From NCBI RefSeq assembly GCF_009914755.1, contig NC_060947.1: a DNA stretch of 64,000 bases; one strand, 5' to 3'. The DNA comes from the human T2T-CHM13v2.0 reference genome, Homo sapiens. Both the position numbers and the translations under genes were made by a program. A model generated the notes under the pieces. It was not told where the DNA came from, ran no database searches, and was given only the letters and a program-made list of their open reading frames with translations. Positions within the stretch are counted from its first letter, which is position 1, and the number at the start of each line of letters is the position of its first letter. Positions 41,523 through 55,051 of this stretch are shown one piece after another.

Positions 41523-43550
41523 TGTGGGTAGCAATTTGAGTTGGCTGGCCACAATGTGTCCTTTCACTACTAGTAGGTACTCAAAAACAGAGCATTCACA
41601 CTTGTGCTGGGGAACTTGACAAGAAACCTTTTCTACAAAATTTTCAGGAACGAATGTGTACACTATCTATAAAAATTTGTTTCTAGATGGCAATTCAAAA
41701 TTTAATTTTCATCTCAGATTTTTAAAAGATATAGCCCATAAGGGTATAATAAGTATTTAGTCTAGAACATGAAGTATTTTCCTAGTTGTATTCACAGAGG
41801 GGAAAAACATTTCTTCTCAATTTTTCACTGAAATTTATTTTGGAAATCTAGAAAAACACTGGTAGAACTAGTTATCATATATCGATGATAACAAATTTAT
41901 TGTTATGTTATTGTATGCAAGAATGTATACTTTTTAAAACAGGTTATTTTTAAGGCGAAACATTCGGAAAATATAAGAAATGATGAGACAAATGAGAAAT
42001 GTACAAAACCATAGACAAATAGGAAATTAAAATTGCATGAGAACAAACAATGCTCAAGGATATGGGCAATGTGTACATGGGTTTAATTAGGCAAAATATG
42101 AAATATGGCGGGATTGATAATCTATGGGCTCCAATATAACTATGGAAACTCTAAAAAGTGGCTGGATGGTACCTGAAAAGAAGATGTCTGTCCTCACTGC
42201 CTCTAAGCTTTAATTGAATTAGTTCTAAATCTGGTCCACTTTCAATCACTCATTCAAAAATATGAGTACAGATTTGCAGGTTTCTGGTAAGGCTTGAACC
42301 AAAAATAGCATCATGTGAGAGGTTGATATTTTGTCTGAGGATTGATGGTTAACATGGTAGGGCATTGGAGGAAACAGTGCAATCAGAGGGTGAAACAGAG
42401 TTCAGTTATGAAAGAGAAGTTTATAGAGGTGTCCAAGAGGACATGGGAATGAGTAGTATCCTGGGGATAACTTCCACAACAGGTTGGAGAATGGTAAGTG
42501 TGAGAAGGAAAAAAAATTCTTGCAGGAAAGAGAAGGAGAGTCTTTGACCCATGTAATATTTGAAGGGCTTACGGGAGTATGAAACCACTGCTATAAAGCA
42601 TTTACTGCCATTTGACATTTTGTTTTTAAATAAATTGGTTGGTTTTTACCAAGTATTTTCTAGAAAATTGAGTAATGGCCAAGGGAAATATCCTGAAAAT
42701 TACACATATAAATCTTTACACTCCTGATATTCATTTCCCAAGTTGAGGTAGTGTGCTGATAAAACCAGATTCAAGACAGAAAATAGTTCCATAGTGACCA
42801 GTTAAGTTTGAACACTTGCAATTGTTGTTGCTCTTTTCTAGGACAGAATTTGATGTTGAAAATGGTCTGGCTTCAATTTCTCTATTACTCATGCATTTTT
42901 GTTCTGCTATGTCTGATAGGAGATCACAGTGTTGAGCATTAAGGCTTTCTGATGAATGTATGGAGTAGTTTGATAAACAATAATCATTCACTTCAAACTC
43001 TTACATCAAACTTGTCTTGGTTTAGAACTGGATTCAGCCACAGGAAATGTACGCTTATTCAGCAGTCCATTTAATTACTGTGAGATCAGAACTTGTAAAG
43101 TCACCTACACTCATCTAACTTGTCTTTCCAAATGCTCACTGCTGTTTGCTCAACATTTTCTCCAAATGGTATTAAAGTAAATCAGCATTTATTGAGTGCC
43201 CACTGTGAACTGGCCACTGCATAAAGTATAATAGAAATCCTTTAAAAAATTGAAGTCCCTGTGCTCAAGCAGTTTACACATCATATACATGAAGGAAGTG
43301 GGGGGTATTTATAAAACACATTTAAGTGTAGGAAAATTAATAAGTGAGGTGGGGCAATTCAGTGCCGACTGGAGCAAGATAAAAGTTTGGAATAGATCCA
43401 ACAGTGGTGAAGAATAGGAATTTCTCAAGTGCAGAGAATAGCACATGAGAAGAAAGATTCAACAAAGAATAAGACGGTCTTATTTAGCTGATAGCAAGCA
43501 CATTTGGTTGGCAAGAGCAGACTCTGTGTGAGGACATAATAAGAAATAAG

Positions 43551-43850
43551 AGCCAGGTGCAGTGGCTCATGCCTGAAATCCCAACACTTTGGGAGGCCGA
43601 GGTGGGCTGATCACTTGAGTCCAGGAGTTTGCGAACAGCCTGGGCAACATGGCAAAACCCTGTCTCCACCAAAAAAAATACAAAAATTAGCCAGGAGTGG
43701 TGGTGTGTGCTTGTAGTCTCAGCTACCCAGGAGGCAGAAGTGGGAGAATTACTTGAGCTTGGGAGGCAGAGGTTACAGTGAGCTGAGATCGTGCCACTGC
43801 ACTCCAGCCTGTGCAACAGAGCAAGACCCTGTTGAGAGAAAGAGAGAGAG
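43551..43850 (+). mobile_element. AluJ with GA-type tail, within L2-like sequence
   Basis: gccaggtgcagtggctcatgcctg...cacttgagtccaggagtt...gcaagaccctgt. Confidence 0.92.
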
Positions 43851-44169
43851 AACTAAGGCTGAGAAATGTGGTGAAGCATTCATCTGATAATAGATGCAGG
43901 AAAAAGTAGATAAGGGGAGATAATGGAGACAGGGAGACCAGCTAAGATGCTGTTATCATAGTTCAGGTGTGAGGTAAGAAATGATGTAGCTAGGGTGGTG
44001 ACCTGGATACTCAGAAAAAGGCAGATCTGAGGAGGGAGAGAAATAGGCAGGATGTGGGATTTGATGAACATAGTCTCTGTTACTAAGATGCTGAGCAATT
44101 GTTTTCCATAACACCAGAAGATGAAACACAATTTAGGCAGGAAAGTTGTAGGAAAGAGGGCCTTTACGT

Positions 44170-44498
<329 letters not shown>

Positions 44499-45269
44499 CC
44501 CCTTTACTTTCTGAGATAGAAAATGCCAGAATAGTTGAAGAGTTGCTGAAGACCAGTGGTCTCATCTTACTCCTTACTATAGTCCAAGTGTCCGTAATAG
44601 TCCTGGTCACAGAGTAGGTGCTCACATCTCATTTGTGGATTAAATGGACAAGTGGATTTGGGAGCACGGTCAAGTTTAAATTCCTACAATCCTTAAAAAA
44701 TATGAGAGTTTATTTTTTCCATTTGCTTCTTTCAGCAAGCAACTTTTTTATTGTTTGCAACATTTTAAAAAGAAAGAAAATAGTGTATTAGATTATCTAT
44801 CTACATCCTGTCTAGGTCTAGCATTTTAGGATTCTAAGTCAATTTGTGGTTGGAGATAAAAGTTTCCTAAGCATTCTGCCAGTCACACAAATCATTCTTC
44901 TTCAGAGCATTTATACAATTTAGTTCCTTGAGGCCACCCAACATAGTTCATTGCTCCTAACCACATAGTGATTTTTCTTAAATACATACTTTATATGCTG
45001 ACATTGCCAATAAAAACATTGCCTTTTTTTTTTCAAAAGGTAATTTATGCCTGTAATTATCATATCGGGTCAAAGAATAGGGATTAGATTAACCTACTTT
45101 ACTGGGCACAGTAGCAATTCCACCAATGAATTCAGGATGCAGAGATATCTGAGTTTCTGTCCTCCTCTGATGTATTTTCTAAGCATCCAAAAGCTTGAGA
45201 GTCCTTAACTTTCTTGATAGAGTGGCAAAATACCTAGAAAAGATTAAAATGTCATCTATTTTTATGTGG

Positions 45270-45432
45270 GGCAAAATAGCCTTTCTGTGCCTCCATTTCC
45301 TCATTTGTAAAATGTGTATACCAATAATACACAGGAGTGTGAACACTGTAAGTTAATGTATGTAAAAAGTGCTTAGAACACTGTTGGCACAGAGTAAGAG
45401 CTATGTAAGAATTATTGTTACAATTATTATTT
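45270..45432. mobile_element. MIR
   Basis: MIR core ctgtgcctccatttcctcatttgtaaaatg...aagtgcttagaaca. Confidence 0.75.
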
Positions 45433-46242
45433 TACACAAAAATGTCACTGCTGACCTACTGTCCACAGGAAATACATTTTATTTTACTTTCCAACTGGTA
45501 GAGATTGGTTGTTAGGTTTCTTGCATGACTGCCTGTATGACCAAGGACACTCATTTTCCAAGACAGCTGGCTGAGGTTAGAGGTGCATTTTGTGGCCATG
45601 GAACAGATCACAACTAACTGCCCCCATTCAAGGAACAAACCTACAGTAACTTTAACCTCATTAGTAATGTGTTCTGAGCTAGACAAAAACCAGGACTCTC
45701 AGGACATGGATTATTCAGATTTGTTGTCCATGTTAATCAAAGTCCCCAGATGATTGCTTGATACTCTGCTTCACTTTAGCTAGGTTTACATAAGACCAAA
45801 ACATCTGGATGAGAAGTGAAAAAATACAGATGTTTAAGCCACATGATGGGAAACATCCAGATGTCTCAAATTTGGATTTGTCATTTTGTTCTTTGTTTTA
45901 AAGGAAAGAGAAGCCAAAAGAAAAAAAAACCCACCATAGTTTCTCTTTTTCCTTGACCTGGGTAAAATCAAACTGGTTTCTTGTTATAGAAGTTTAAAAT
46001 GCCTACAAGTTGATTAGGAAGCTTTTTGATAATATCACTAGATAAGCTGCATTTCAGGAGGAGTTTTTTTTTTAATTTAAAGAAGCGTCTGATCTTTGAG
46101 TAGCGCTTGTGAGAGGGGATTGCTTTTAGAGTGAGACAATATCTTGGAAGAGTTGCTCACAATGAATTCTCTGGGAAAGTATGGCTGGGATGATACCAAC
46201 AGTAAAAGAAAGTTTGCTAAAGAAACTCCTCAGAAATATTGC

Positions 46243-46384
46243 TTATTTCCTAAGAGGATATGACCTCAATTAAATGTATAAGGAGTTAAATCTGAAATAA
46301 TACATGTAAATCTCTTTTTATGTTTATGAAATATTTGCTACCTGCAAACCAACAGAGAGAGTTAATAATAGGAATACACAAAAT
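46243..46384 (+). repeat. Left arm (source) of a 142-bp dispersed inverted repeat
   Basis: Reverse complement matches 48323-48464 with 6 mismatches and no gaps (manual alignment). Confidence 0.97.
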
Positions 46385-48241
46385 CGGTAGCCTTTTATGG
46401 AGCACATTTTGAAGGAAATCAAAATTCATGAGGAAGGCAGTCCCCAAAATGCCTATCACCAGTGTACTAAAATCATATTAACTAGGTTAAATCATGATGT
46501 CCCCATGGAGTTGCCACAATCTAGCCTTTATGATTCCACCAAACTACTCTATCAGGAAGGGAAGCACATTTTCTAGATAACACATTAATGTAGATATTAA
46601 CTCATGCAATTTTAGAAATGAATGGGAACTTCAAGGCCATCTATTTCAATTCCTTCATTTTACTTTAGGAAACCTGAGGCCCAGAGACCAAGTGACTTGA
46701 TCAAATACCAGATGGTGACATGGAGTACAGAAACCTACAATTATGAAGCAATTCGTGGTTATGTCTTGATAAAGGTAGAAGGAGATAGAAACAGAAAGTA
46801 GGAGGGATTCAAAAATTCAAAAACACACTTGGCACATGGGGAATGTTAGGAATATGCTGAGGTTAGGAGCAGAAGTTAGGCAGGCACCAAGAGGAGTCGT
46901 AGGCATCCTAATTAAGCTTCATCTCTGAATAATTTTGTTAATATATGCAACATTTTAACACAAATAGCAACTGTTTGTGATTGCCCCATCTTCCACAGTG
47001 GTTAAAAATCATTGAGTATAGTGTTCTTTGGGACCTGGATAAGCTCATTTGACAGATAAAAATATAAAGGTTTAGGCTTTTTCCCAAAGCCTCAAATAAA
47101 GCGTCAAAAACTAAGCTCAGGTTTGGGGAGTTGGTTTTGATTATCAGCTATTACTCAATTGCACAAGCACATGCCAAGCAAAACTACCTTCAGATCAAAG
47201 TGAGTCTTTCCAGGTCTCTGTCACTGTCTTTGGCAAGGGTATGTGGAGAAAATACAAATCAACTGTTCTCAAATGCTTCAAAAGGCATGGATAAAAATAA
47301 ATGAGGAAAATATTCAGCACACCTGGGTTTCCCCAAGTAGAAAAAAAACAAAGAAGAATTTTCTACTCAGAGTCCTCTGGTCTTCTCAAAAGTGCTCCTA
47401 GGTAATAAAGAGAAGCCTAAATTAGGATGTATCTTTTTTTTAATATTAGGACCAAAATTCATGTAATAGGTTGCTGATTACAATTATGACATGATGAGCA
47501 TTTTCTTAACACAGTGGAAATCTACCTAGAAATAAAAGTGTGTGCATTAAAGAGAAATATAGAATATCGCTATAGAATTCAAAGCTCAGCCATTGCACCA
47601 TAACCAACCATTTATCATTTCAATTTAAAAACAGTAATGCTGCCAGTGGAAACAGAAAACAAGTTGTCAGCATTTTTTTCTTGAACACGATGGAACCACA
47701 AAGCCATAGGCCAGGCAGTAAAATTTGTTTAAAAAGCTCAATGTTTCAAGACAAGCCAGATTATTATGAGAGATATACTGTAAACTATTCATCTAATTTA
47801 TTTTGCACTGATGCCAATTCACATGAAATTAGCTTTCTCGGTTTGAAAGATTTCTTTTTCTTTCTTTCTTTTCCTGTCCTCTAATGTGCACAAACCCAGT
47901 TCTGAGCCACGTAGTGGAGGATGAGGGTCATTGATCTCCCTCTTTACTTTTCAATTTCAGCCACAATCGAAAGATAATTAAAAATGGTAAAGCCAGGGCT
48001 TGAATTTATTTCTTCATCCATGAAAGTTCTTTAAACTTTTTCTCTCCTTCTTCACCATTGGTTTCCTTTACTCTCTTAAAACATGGAATGTTAGATTTGG
48101 AAGGGCTCTGAAAGATCATCTAGTCCTCTTAAAGGTGGGGAAACTGAGACTCAGAAATATTAAGTCATATTAGTGACAGCCGAAACTAGAATCCAGGATT
48201 CCATACTCTTTCCACTATCTTCATCTTCATCATAGACTGGA

Positions 48242-48759
48242 TTTTTTTTTTTTTTTTTTTTTAGACAGGGTCTCCCTCTGTCACCAAGGCTAGATTGCAA
48301 TGGCAAGATTATGGCTCACATAATTTTGCGTATTCCTATAGTTAACTTTCTGTGTTGGTTTGCAGGTAGCAAATATTTCATAAACATAAAAAGAGATTTA
48401 CATGTATTATTTCAGATTTAACTCCTTGTACATTTAATTGAGGTCATATCCTCTTAGGAAATAAAAGTTCAGACCTCTGTCACCAAGACTAGCATGCAAT
48501 GGGAAAAGTATGGCTCGCTCACTGCAGCCTCGACCTCCTGGGCTCAAGCGATCCTCCAGCCTCAGCCACCTGAGTAGATGGGGCTACAGGTGCATGCCTT
48601 CATGCCAGGCTAATTTTTTTGCATTAGCCTATACTTTTTTGTAAAGACAAGGTTTCACCATGTTTCCCAGGCTGGTCTCGATCTCCTGAGCTCAAGCAAT
48701 CTGCCTGCCTTGGCCTCCCAAAGTGTTGGGAATTCAGGTGGGAGCCACCGGGCCTGGCC
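48242..48759 (-). mobile_element. AluJ interrupted by a templated insertion and partial duplication
   Basis: T tail at 48242-48262; Alu 48263-48319; non-Alu 48320-48473; Alu resumes at 48474 by repeating 45 bp and ends cctggcc at 48759. Confidence 0.93.
48323..48464 (-). repeat. Right arm (inserted copy) of the 142-bp inverted repeat, inside an Alu
   Basis: Inverted copy of 46243-46384; lies between two copies of a 45-bp Alu segment. Confidence 0.97.
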
Positions 48760-49104
48760 AGACTCAATTCTTAAAGTGTTCGTCCATCCATCTACCTTTT
48801 CAGGTGGAGGGCAGACAATGTCTTGCCAATTCATAAAATGTTAAATCCTTTCAAACATCTTTATGTCACATAGATCTATCTGCAAGGTCCCAAACCCTTA
48901 ACCAAATACACTACATATGCAAAGGGAGTAGAATCAATTGTGAAATCTCTTCCTGCGTAATCATCATCATTTGCAGGAGAGAAGATATATTAGTCTGTAA
49001 TATGGGAGCTTAACTCACCCTTAAATTTGGTCTGCTAGCTAAAGCAAGTTGGAGACATTTTTGAATTCTACTATTCTGACTAAGATGAGTGTTTGGATAT
49101 GAGA

Positions 49105-49360
49105 GGTGCTTTGAGCACCAACTCTACAGCCAGACTTCCTGAATTCAAATTCTGCACTTATTTTTACTGTCTATTTCACTTTGGGTAAATTACTTAAAGC
49201 TCTCAGTGTCTCAGTTTTCTCAGTGGTAAAATAGGGATAAGGAAGATGAGGATAACAGTAGCATCTACTTCATAGGATTATTAAGAAGATTAAGTACATA
49301 AAGTGCTCAGAAGAGAGCCTTGTATATATAGTAGATGCTGTGAAAGTGTCAGCTATTATT
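49105..49360. mobile_element. MIR
   Basis: ttgggtaaattacttaaagctctcagtgtctcagttttctc...aaagtgctcagaa...agctattatt. Confidence 0.8.
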
Positions 49361-49864
49361 TGTATTCTCTGCTGTATAGAGGAAAAAAAAGTTGGCTCAA
49401 CAAATTAATGCCCAACATTGAGCATTACAAAGACAGTTTTAAAGGATGTTAACCACGAAATGTATACAAGGAAGGGTGCTGCTCGTCATGCCTATTCATC
49501 ATAGCTGGTCAAGCATGTTTTTTCCTTGAAAACATCATCACAGTCTTTATTCCAATTAATATTTTTATATTAAAGAACATTCTCTTTCAAATTAGAATGT
49601 GATTCAGACTTTTCACTAATTCAGTAAATAGACCCTCCAACTTCTCAGAATTATTAGTGAGTTGTGACTGTACCTCAGCACTCACCTGTCCCCCAAAATA
49701 ATAGCAACCCTATATATTTTAAAGAAATAAGTAGTTTTTCAACCTGCCAAGCTCCCTGAATTTTCCACTCAGAAAGAATTTATCAGATCTGAAAGGCCAA
49801 AATAATAAAGAGGAAGTTTACCAGGTTAACAAGCCATCATATAGTTCTGGTTTAAAGGCAATTA

Positions 49865-50425
49865 CAAGTTGAAATGAGTCAACAGTGTGATGTAGCTGCC
49901 TAGAAAGCAAATGCAGTGTTAGAACAGAGCAATACAAGTACAATGCCCAGTTCAAGGGAGGAGCTTGGCACTAGTCAGACCACATCTGGTAGGCTGTGTT
50001 CATTTCTAGGCACCCACATTCTAATAGGAACTTTACCAGTCTAGAGAGATTTCAGAAGAAGATGGTCCAGATGGTGAAATATCTGAAATCATGCCATGGA
50101 ATAAATGATTGAATGAATTGAAAATATTTTTCCTGAAAAAGAGAAAATTTAGCCAAAATGTGACGTTAAAGTAAAATTAGACATAATCAGTGTGGCCCCA
50201 AGGGGTGAACCAGGATAATGAATGAAACTCACCAAGAAGGCAAATTTAGGCTCAGGATCAGAAAGTTCTGTCTAAGGACACAAACTACCCATAAACCAAA
50301 TATGCTGCCTTGAAAAACCTACACTTTGTCACTGCAAACCGTCAGAGACTGACTGGAAGAATGCAGAAAGGATTTCGAGTTTAAGTGTGAGGCTAAAATA
50401 ACTGATATGTAAGAATATTTCCAAT
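49865..50425 (+). mobile_element. L3/CR1 fragment
   Basis: atgagtcaacagtgtgatgtagctgcc..aaagcaaatgca and gcactagtcagaccacatctgg are CR1/L3 RT C-terminal motifs. Confidence 0.72.
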
Positions 50426-50987
50426 TCATATATATTATTGTAGCTCCTGACTGCTCAGATCACTGAAATTATCTATCTAGCTGTTTTGTCTTCTAATTCA
50501 CCCTGACCACTACTGTCAGACCCATCTTTCTACTTGACTTTTATTTCTATCTGTTCCTCTCCTCTCTCCTTTCTCTCCCTCCTCCTCTCCCCTCTCCCTC
50601 CTCTCCTTTCTCCCCACTCCCCTCCCCCATACACATTTCATAGCTTAGGCATATATCAAGTTGATTGTGGGCCAGTCACTGTTCTAAGCACTATATGCAC
50701 ACATACACACTTTATATTTGACTGCATTGGGTCCAAATCTCTTTTCTTTTTGTACCTCCTGCTACCTGAATTCCTCCTTTTAGGCAACCTTATTTTGCCC
50801 AGTTCTCTAAAACGTATAAGTTCTGGTCCATCTTTTACCTGTCACATTCTTTTACTATTACAGCCCACTGTGTTTATTGTTCCTCTGCATTTGTAAACAT
50901 AGAATTATCATATGTTCAGTATCTAAGTTTGTCTACTCAGTTTTCCAAATGAGAAAATATTAATGCTCCTAAAAAAGTGACTTTTCC

Positions 50988-51295
<308 letters not shown>

Positions 51296-54200
51296 GTGAC
51301 TTTTCCAAGCTAACCCAGCTGATTAATAGCAAAGTGAGAAAGAGAACTTAAATCTTTCTATTCTTGGTCTGGGTACTTTAGCGTGCAATTGCTTTGTTAT
51401 CTGTTCATTTCATGTCAGGTGGATTCTAAACTTATGAATAATAATGACTTCTCCATTTTAAAAGTTTTCTTTGTGTCTTCAGAGAACTTACCACTTTATT
51501 AACCACATGGTTGCTGCTCAGTAAGCTCTTATTCATTGATTGTGTCTACTTGGAAAGTTTTACTGGGAACCCTCTCTACCAGGCACTGTTCTAGTTATTG
51601 GGGTACTGAAGTGAATAAAAAAATACAAATACATGCCCTATAGAGATTACATTCTAATGTATGGCAAATAAACTCCTAGAAGAGAAGAGCTTGTCATAAG
51701 TAGAGTTTATCTGACTTACCCTTATGTAAAACTTTCTTGCACACCCCCAAATGGACTTGAATTAAACAACACTGAACTTACCACGTGGAACCATTTTGGA
51801 AACTGCATTATTTTTCTGTGTCTTAATGTACCCATTAGAAGGGTCGTATGTCATGCTTGTGTGAATAAAAGTATGTCCTGGAAGCTTCCAGTTTTGTCCG
51901 GTCTAACAAGAATCTTGTCCAGTCTAACAAGAGTCATGTCCACTCTAACTAGATCCAAACTTAGTTGACCACCACTAAGAAGAGAATGGCCAAATTTGTC
52001 TCTCCAAAGCCACATCTGACCAATGAACTCTTTTCTTTGGCTGTATACCTTTAAATGAAAATCCAACCTCCCCACCTCTAGGAGTTAGAGATATTATTTG
52101 AAGTCACTAAAGGCCAGAAATCACTAGTTAACATGAAAATTAAAATAATCAGTAGATATTGAGTATATATTATATATTGAGCATTGTGCCAGATATGCAC
52201 GATTCCAAAGTATAAGTCATGGCCCCTGCTTTTAGTAATGCTAGACAAGAAATAAAATGTAGAAGAGCAGAAAGTCTATAAAGTATAGGTGAATGGTGAA
52301 TGTAGATATAAGAATACCAACTGGGAAACATAAGCACTTCATATGTAACCTCCTCCCATTAAGCCAAACCAAGCATATGTATTGCGAACAATATTGGGAA
52401 AGGAGATTACTTAAGGGCAGAAATGAGAGTTCCCAGTTGACAAAACCTGAAAATATCCCAATTCTGATATTGTGCCTCAAAGGATGAAACCCTGTTTCTG
52501 AGAATTTAGTTCTCAGTCAACCTTGAGAAGTTGAAGGAGCTCTTTTTATCCCCACTCTTCACTTCCCCCACAGACCAATGCAGACTATGGAATGTAAGTC
52601 CACAAACCACCACATCTCCACTCTTTACCTTGTGAGGAGGCCAAAAATGTTTAGCTATGTCAGTGGGTCCAATAGCCAAACCTCATATTTTTATGCATAA
52701 ATAATTGAGAGTATGTGTAACACTCTGTCCTCAGGATTTTCAGTGACTGGGAGGGTGTAAATCATCTTAGAGTGCTGAATAAATGCAGATTGATAAAGAA
52801 ATGTACACAGGTTTACACATATAAATTTACAGATATTAATATGCTGGAACATTTTCTCCGGCAACCTACAAATAACAACTGGACCTCAAATATTTGAAAA
52901 AGATTTATAAGTCCAGCAACAGTTCCTTTGCTGTTTCTCGTTTAGGAGCTACAACTGGTGATTTTTATGTGACTTCCAACAGCTCAGCTAGTGGTCTGTA
53001 GGTTTCAGCAGCTTGAATAAGGAGATTCAATATCAAGGTATAAGGGTTCAATCCCAAAACCAATTTTTACATTCCAGAAAGTTCTAATCTCACTTCATGA
53101 GAATCTCATTCCCTAAACAAAGATCTCACTCCCTAAACAAAGAGACATCCCTCTTAAGAGGAAAATTCTTTTTGAGTCACAGACCCTTACTTTATTATCT
53201 GAAGAGTTCCCTTAAAGCATATCTGCTTAGGTTTATATGTCATAATACTTTTGAACACACTTTTGGACTACTTTGAGAACTGCTAAAATTTATAGATCTT
53301 ATTTTTCAGAAATAAATGCACACATATAAAAATGTACATAATTTTGCTCAGCTCACAATCTGAAGGGGTTTGTGTATCTTCAGAAGCCCATCTATGGGTG
53401 CCATTAAAAGTGGTCCCCAAATTAAAAGTATCTCCTTTACAGAATTTGAAAACTGAATGTAGTTAGAGGGATGCTTAGGAAAAAGGAAGGTAGGGGATAT
53501 AATTTAACACTTTTAAATGAAAAAAATGTGAGCAGTCTAGAATTATGGCTGTGATAGCCCCAGACCAGTAACAAAGCAAAAAAATGATAATGTGAGGAGT
53601 TGTCACAAAGTTATGTGCTTTTTACTCTGCAAAAATAAAAGCAGAATATGCTTAAAGATATTCTTGCAGAATGTAGAAACTGTGACCCTTGGCTGCTATC
53701 ATTTTTTTTCTATTTTTCTTGCCAAATAAATGTTATGAAAGAATATCTCCAGGCATTCACTCTACCCTGAGGGTTAAAAACATGTACATGATGGAAACTG
53801 GCAGAGTGCTGAAGTTGGCGGACTCATCTGCCTTGCTAAAGCTTCTAGAGACTTTCAAGGGCTCTAGGGATGAGGGAGTTGTCTTTTTTGGAGAAAATCA
53901 GGTTACAAAAAAGTGTCCAAGTCTTCAGAACAATTGAGCCATGGCAGCAGATACAAGTAAAAATAAAAAAAAATTCTTCAGTGTAGATCCCATGATCTCA
54001 GAATGCTGTATTTTACATTAAGAGCATCTACAGGAAATACTTTTGCCAGCAAAAATAATCAGGAACCTTTCTCAAATGGAGAGGCTGGGAACAAAACAGC
54101 AGAGACATTATATCTTGGGAACAGATAAATGACTGAGGCTTTGAGACAGGATTCCTTGTGGATAAAATTCTCAAAAATAATTCTATGGTAGCTGAAATCA

Positions 54201-55051
54201 CCCTCAGATATCCCCGGGTTTCCGAGGGTCTTTTCATTATTCTCCTAATGCCAAGAAAGTCAATATTATACTGTCTTTTGTATAATTAAGTGCCTCAACA
54301 AACTTTTCTCAGTTCGTCTTATAGGCTCTGCACTTTTCTGTGCTCTAGAAACATAGCCAAGAGTAAAATTGATATGGATCTTATTCTTCAAAAACTCAAA
54401 GTCTAGTGGGGAAAATAGACATGCAAGCATGTAGTTATAATTATAATTGTTCTAAACACATTAAGAAACAGATGTATAAAATATCAGGTAGAACAGAGGA
54501 AGGAAGAAGTAAGTCAGCTTAAGGAGGTGACACTGACTTAGGATATGAAAGAGGAGTGGAAGTTTGCTAAATAGCCAAGAGTAAGAAGGGCATTCCAAGC
54601 AAAGTAGACAGAAGATAAAAACGGATCAAGAAATGAAATAACATGCATGTCTGAGGAACTACAAATGGGATATTGTTACTGGAGCATAACATGTAACAAG
54701 TTAAATGGAAAAAATTTAATCTTTCACTTAGACCCATTGATTTTCAATGGCCATGATCTGTGATACCCAAGAGAGTTATCATAAGGGAGTAGTTTGACCT
54801 AGATGAACTTCAAGGAATCTTTTAACTTGATATTGGGCTGAAAAATGGACAAGACTACTTTTCAAAAATATATGCCTTAAAGAGGTCTTTTTCTATATAT
54901 TATCTCTCTAAACCCAATTTTTCTCAGAAATGCAAAATGTCAACCTCACGGCTGAAACACAGATTTCCATGAAAACAGCATGAATAGTGATTGCCTACTA
55001 CCTTTTAAGGAAGCCAGGAGACTTCCTTACTAAACCAATAAGATTTTTTAC

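Noticed and set aside
51895-51957. Short regularly spaced repeats considered as a CRISPR-like array
   Set aside because: Eukaryotic context, tandem units without unique spacers, no cas genes.
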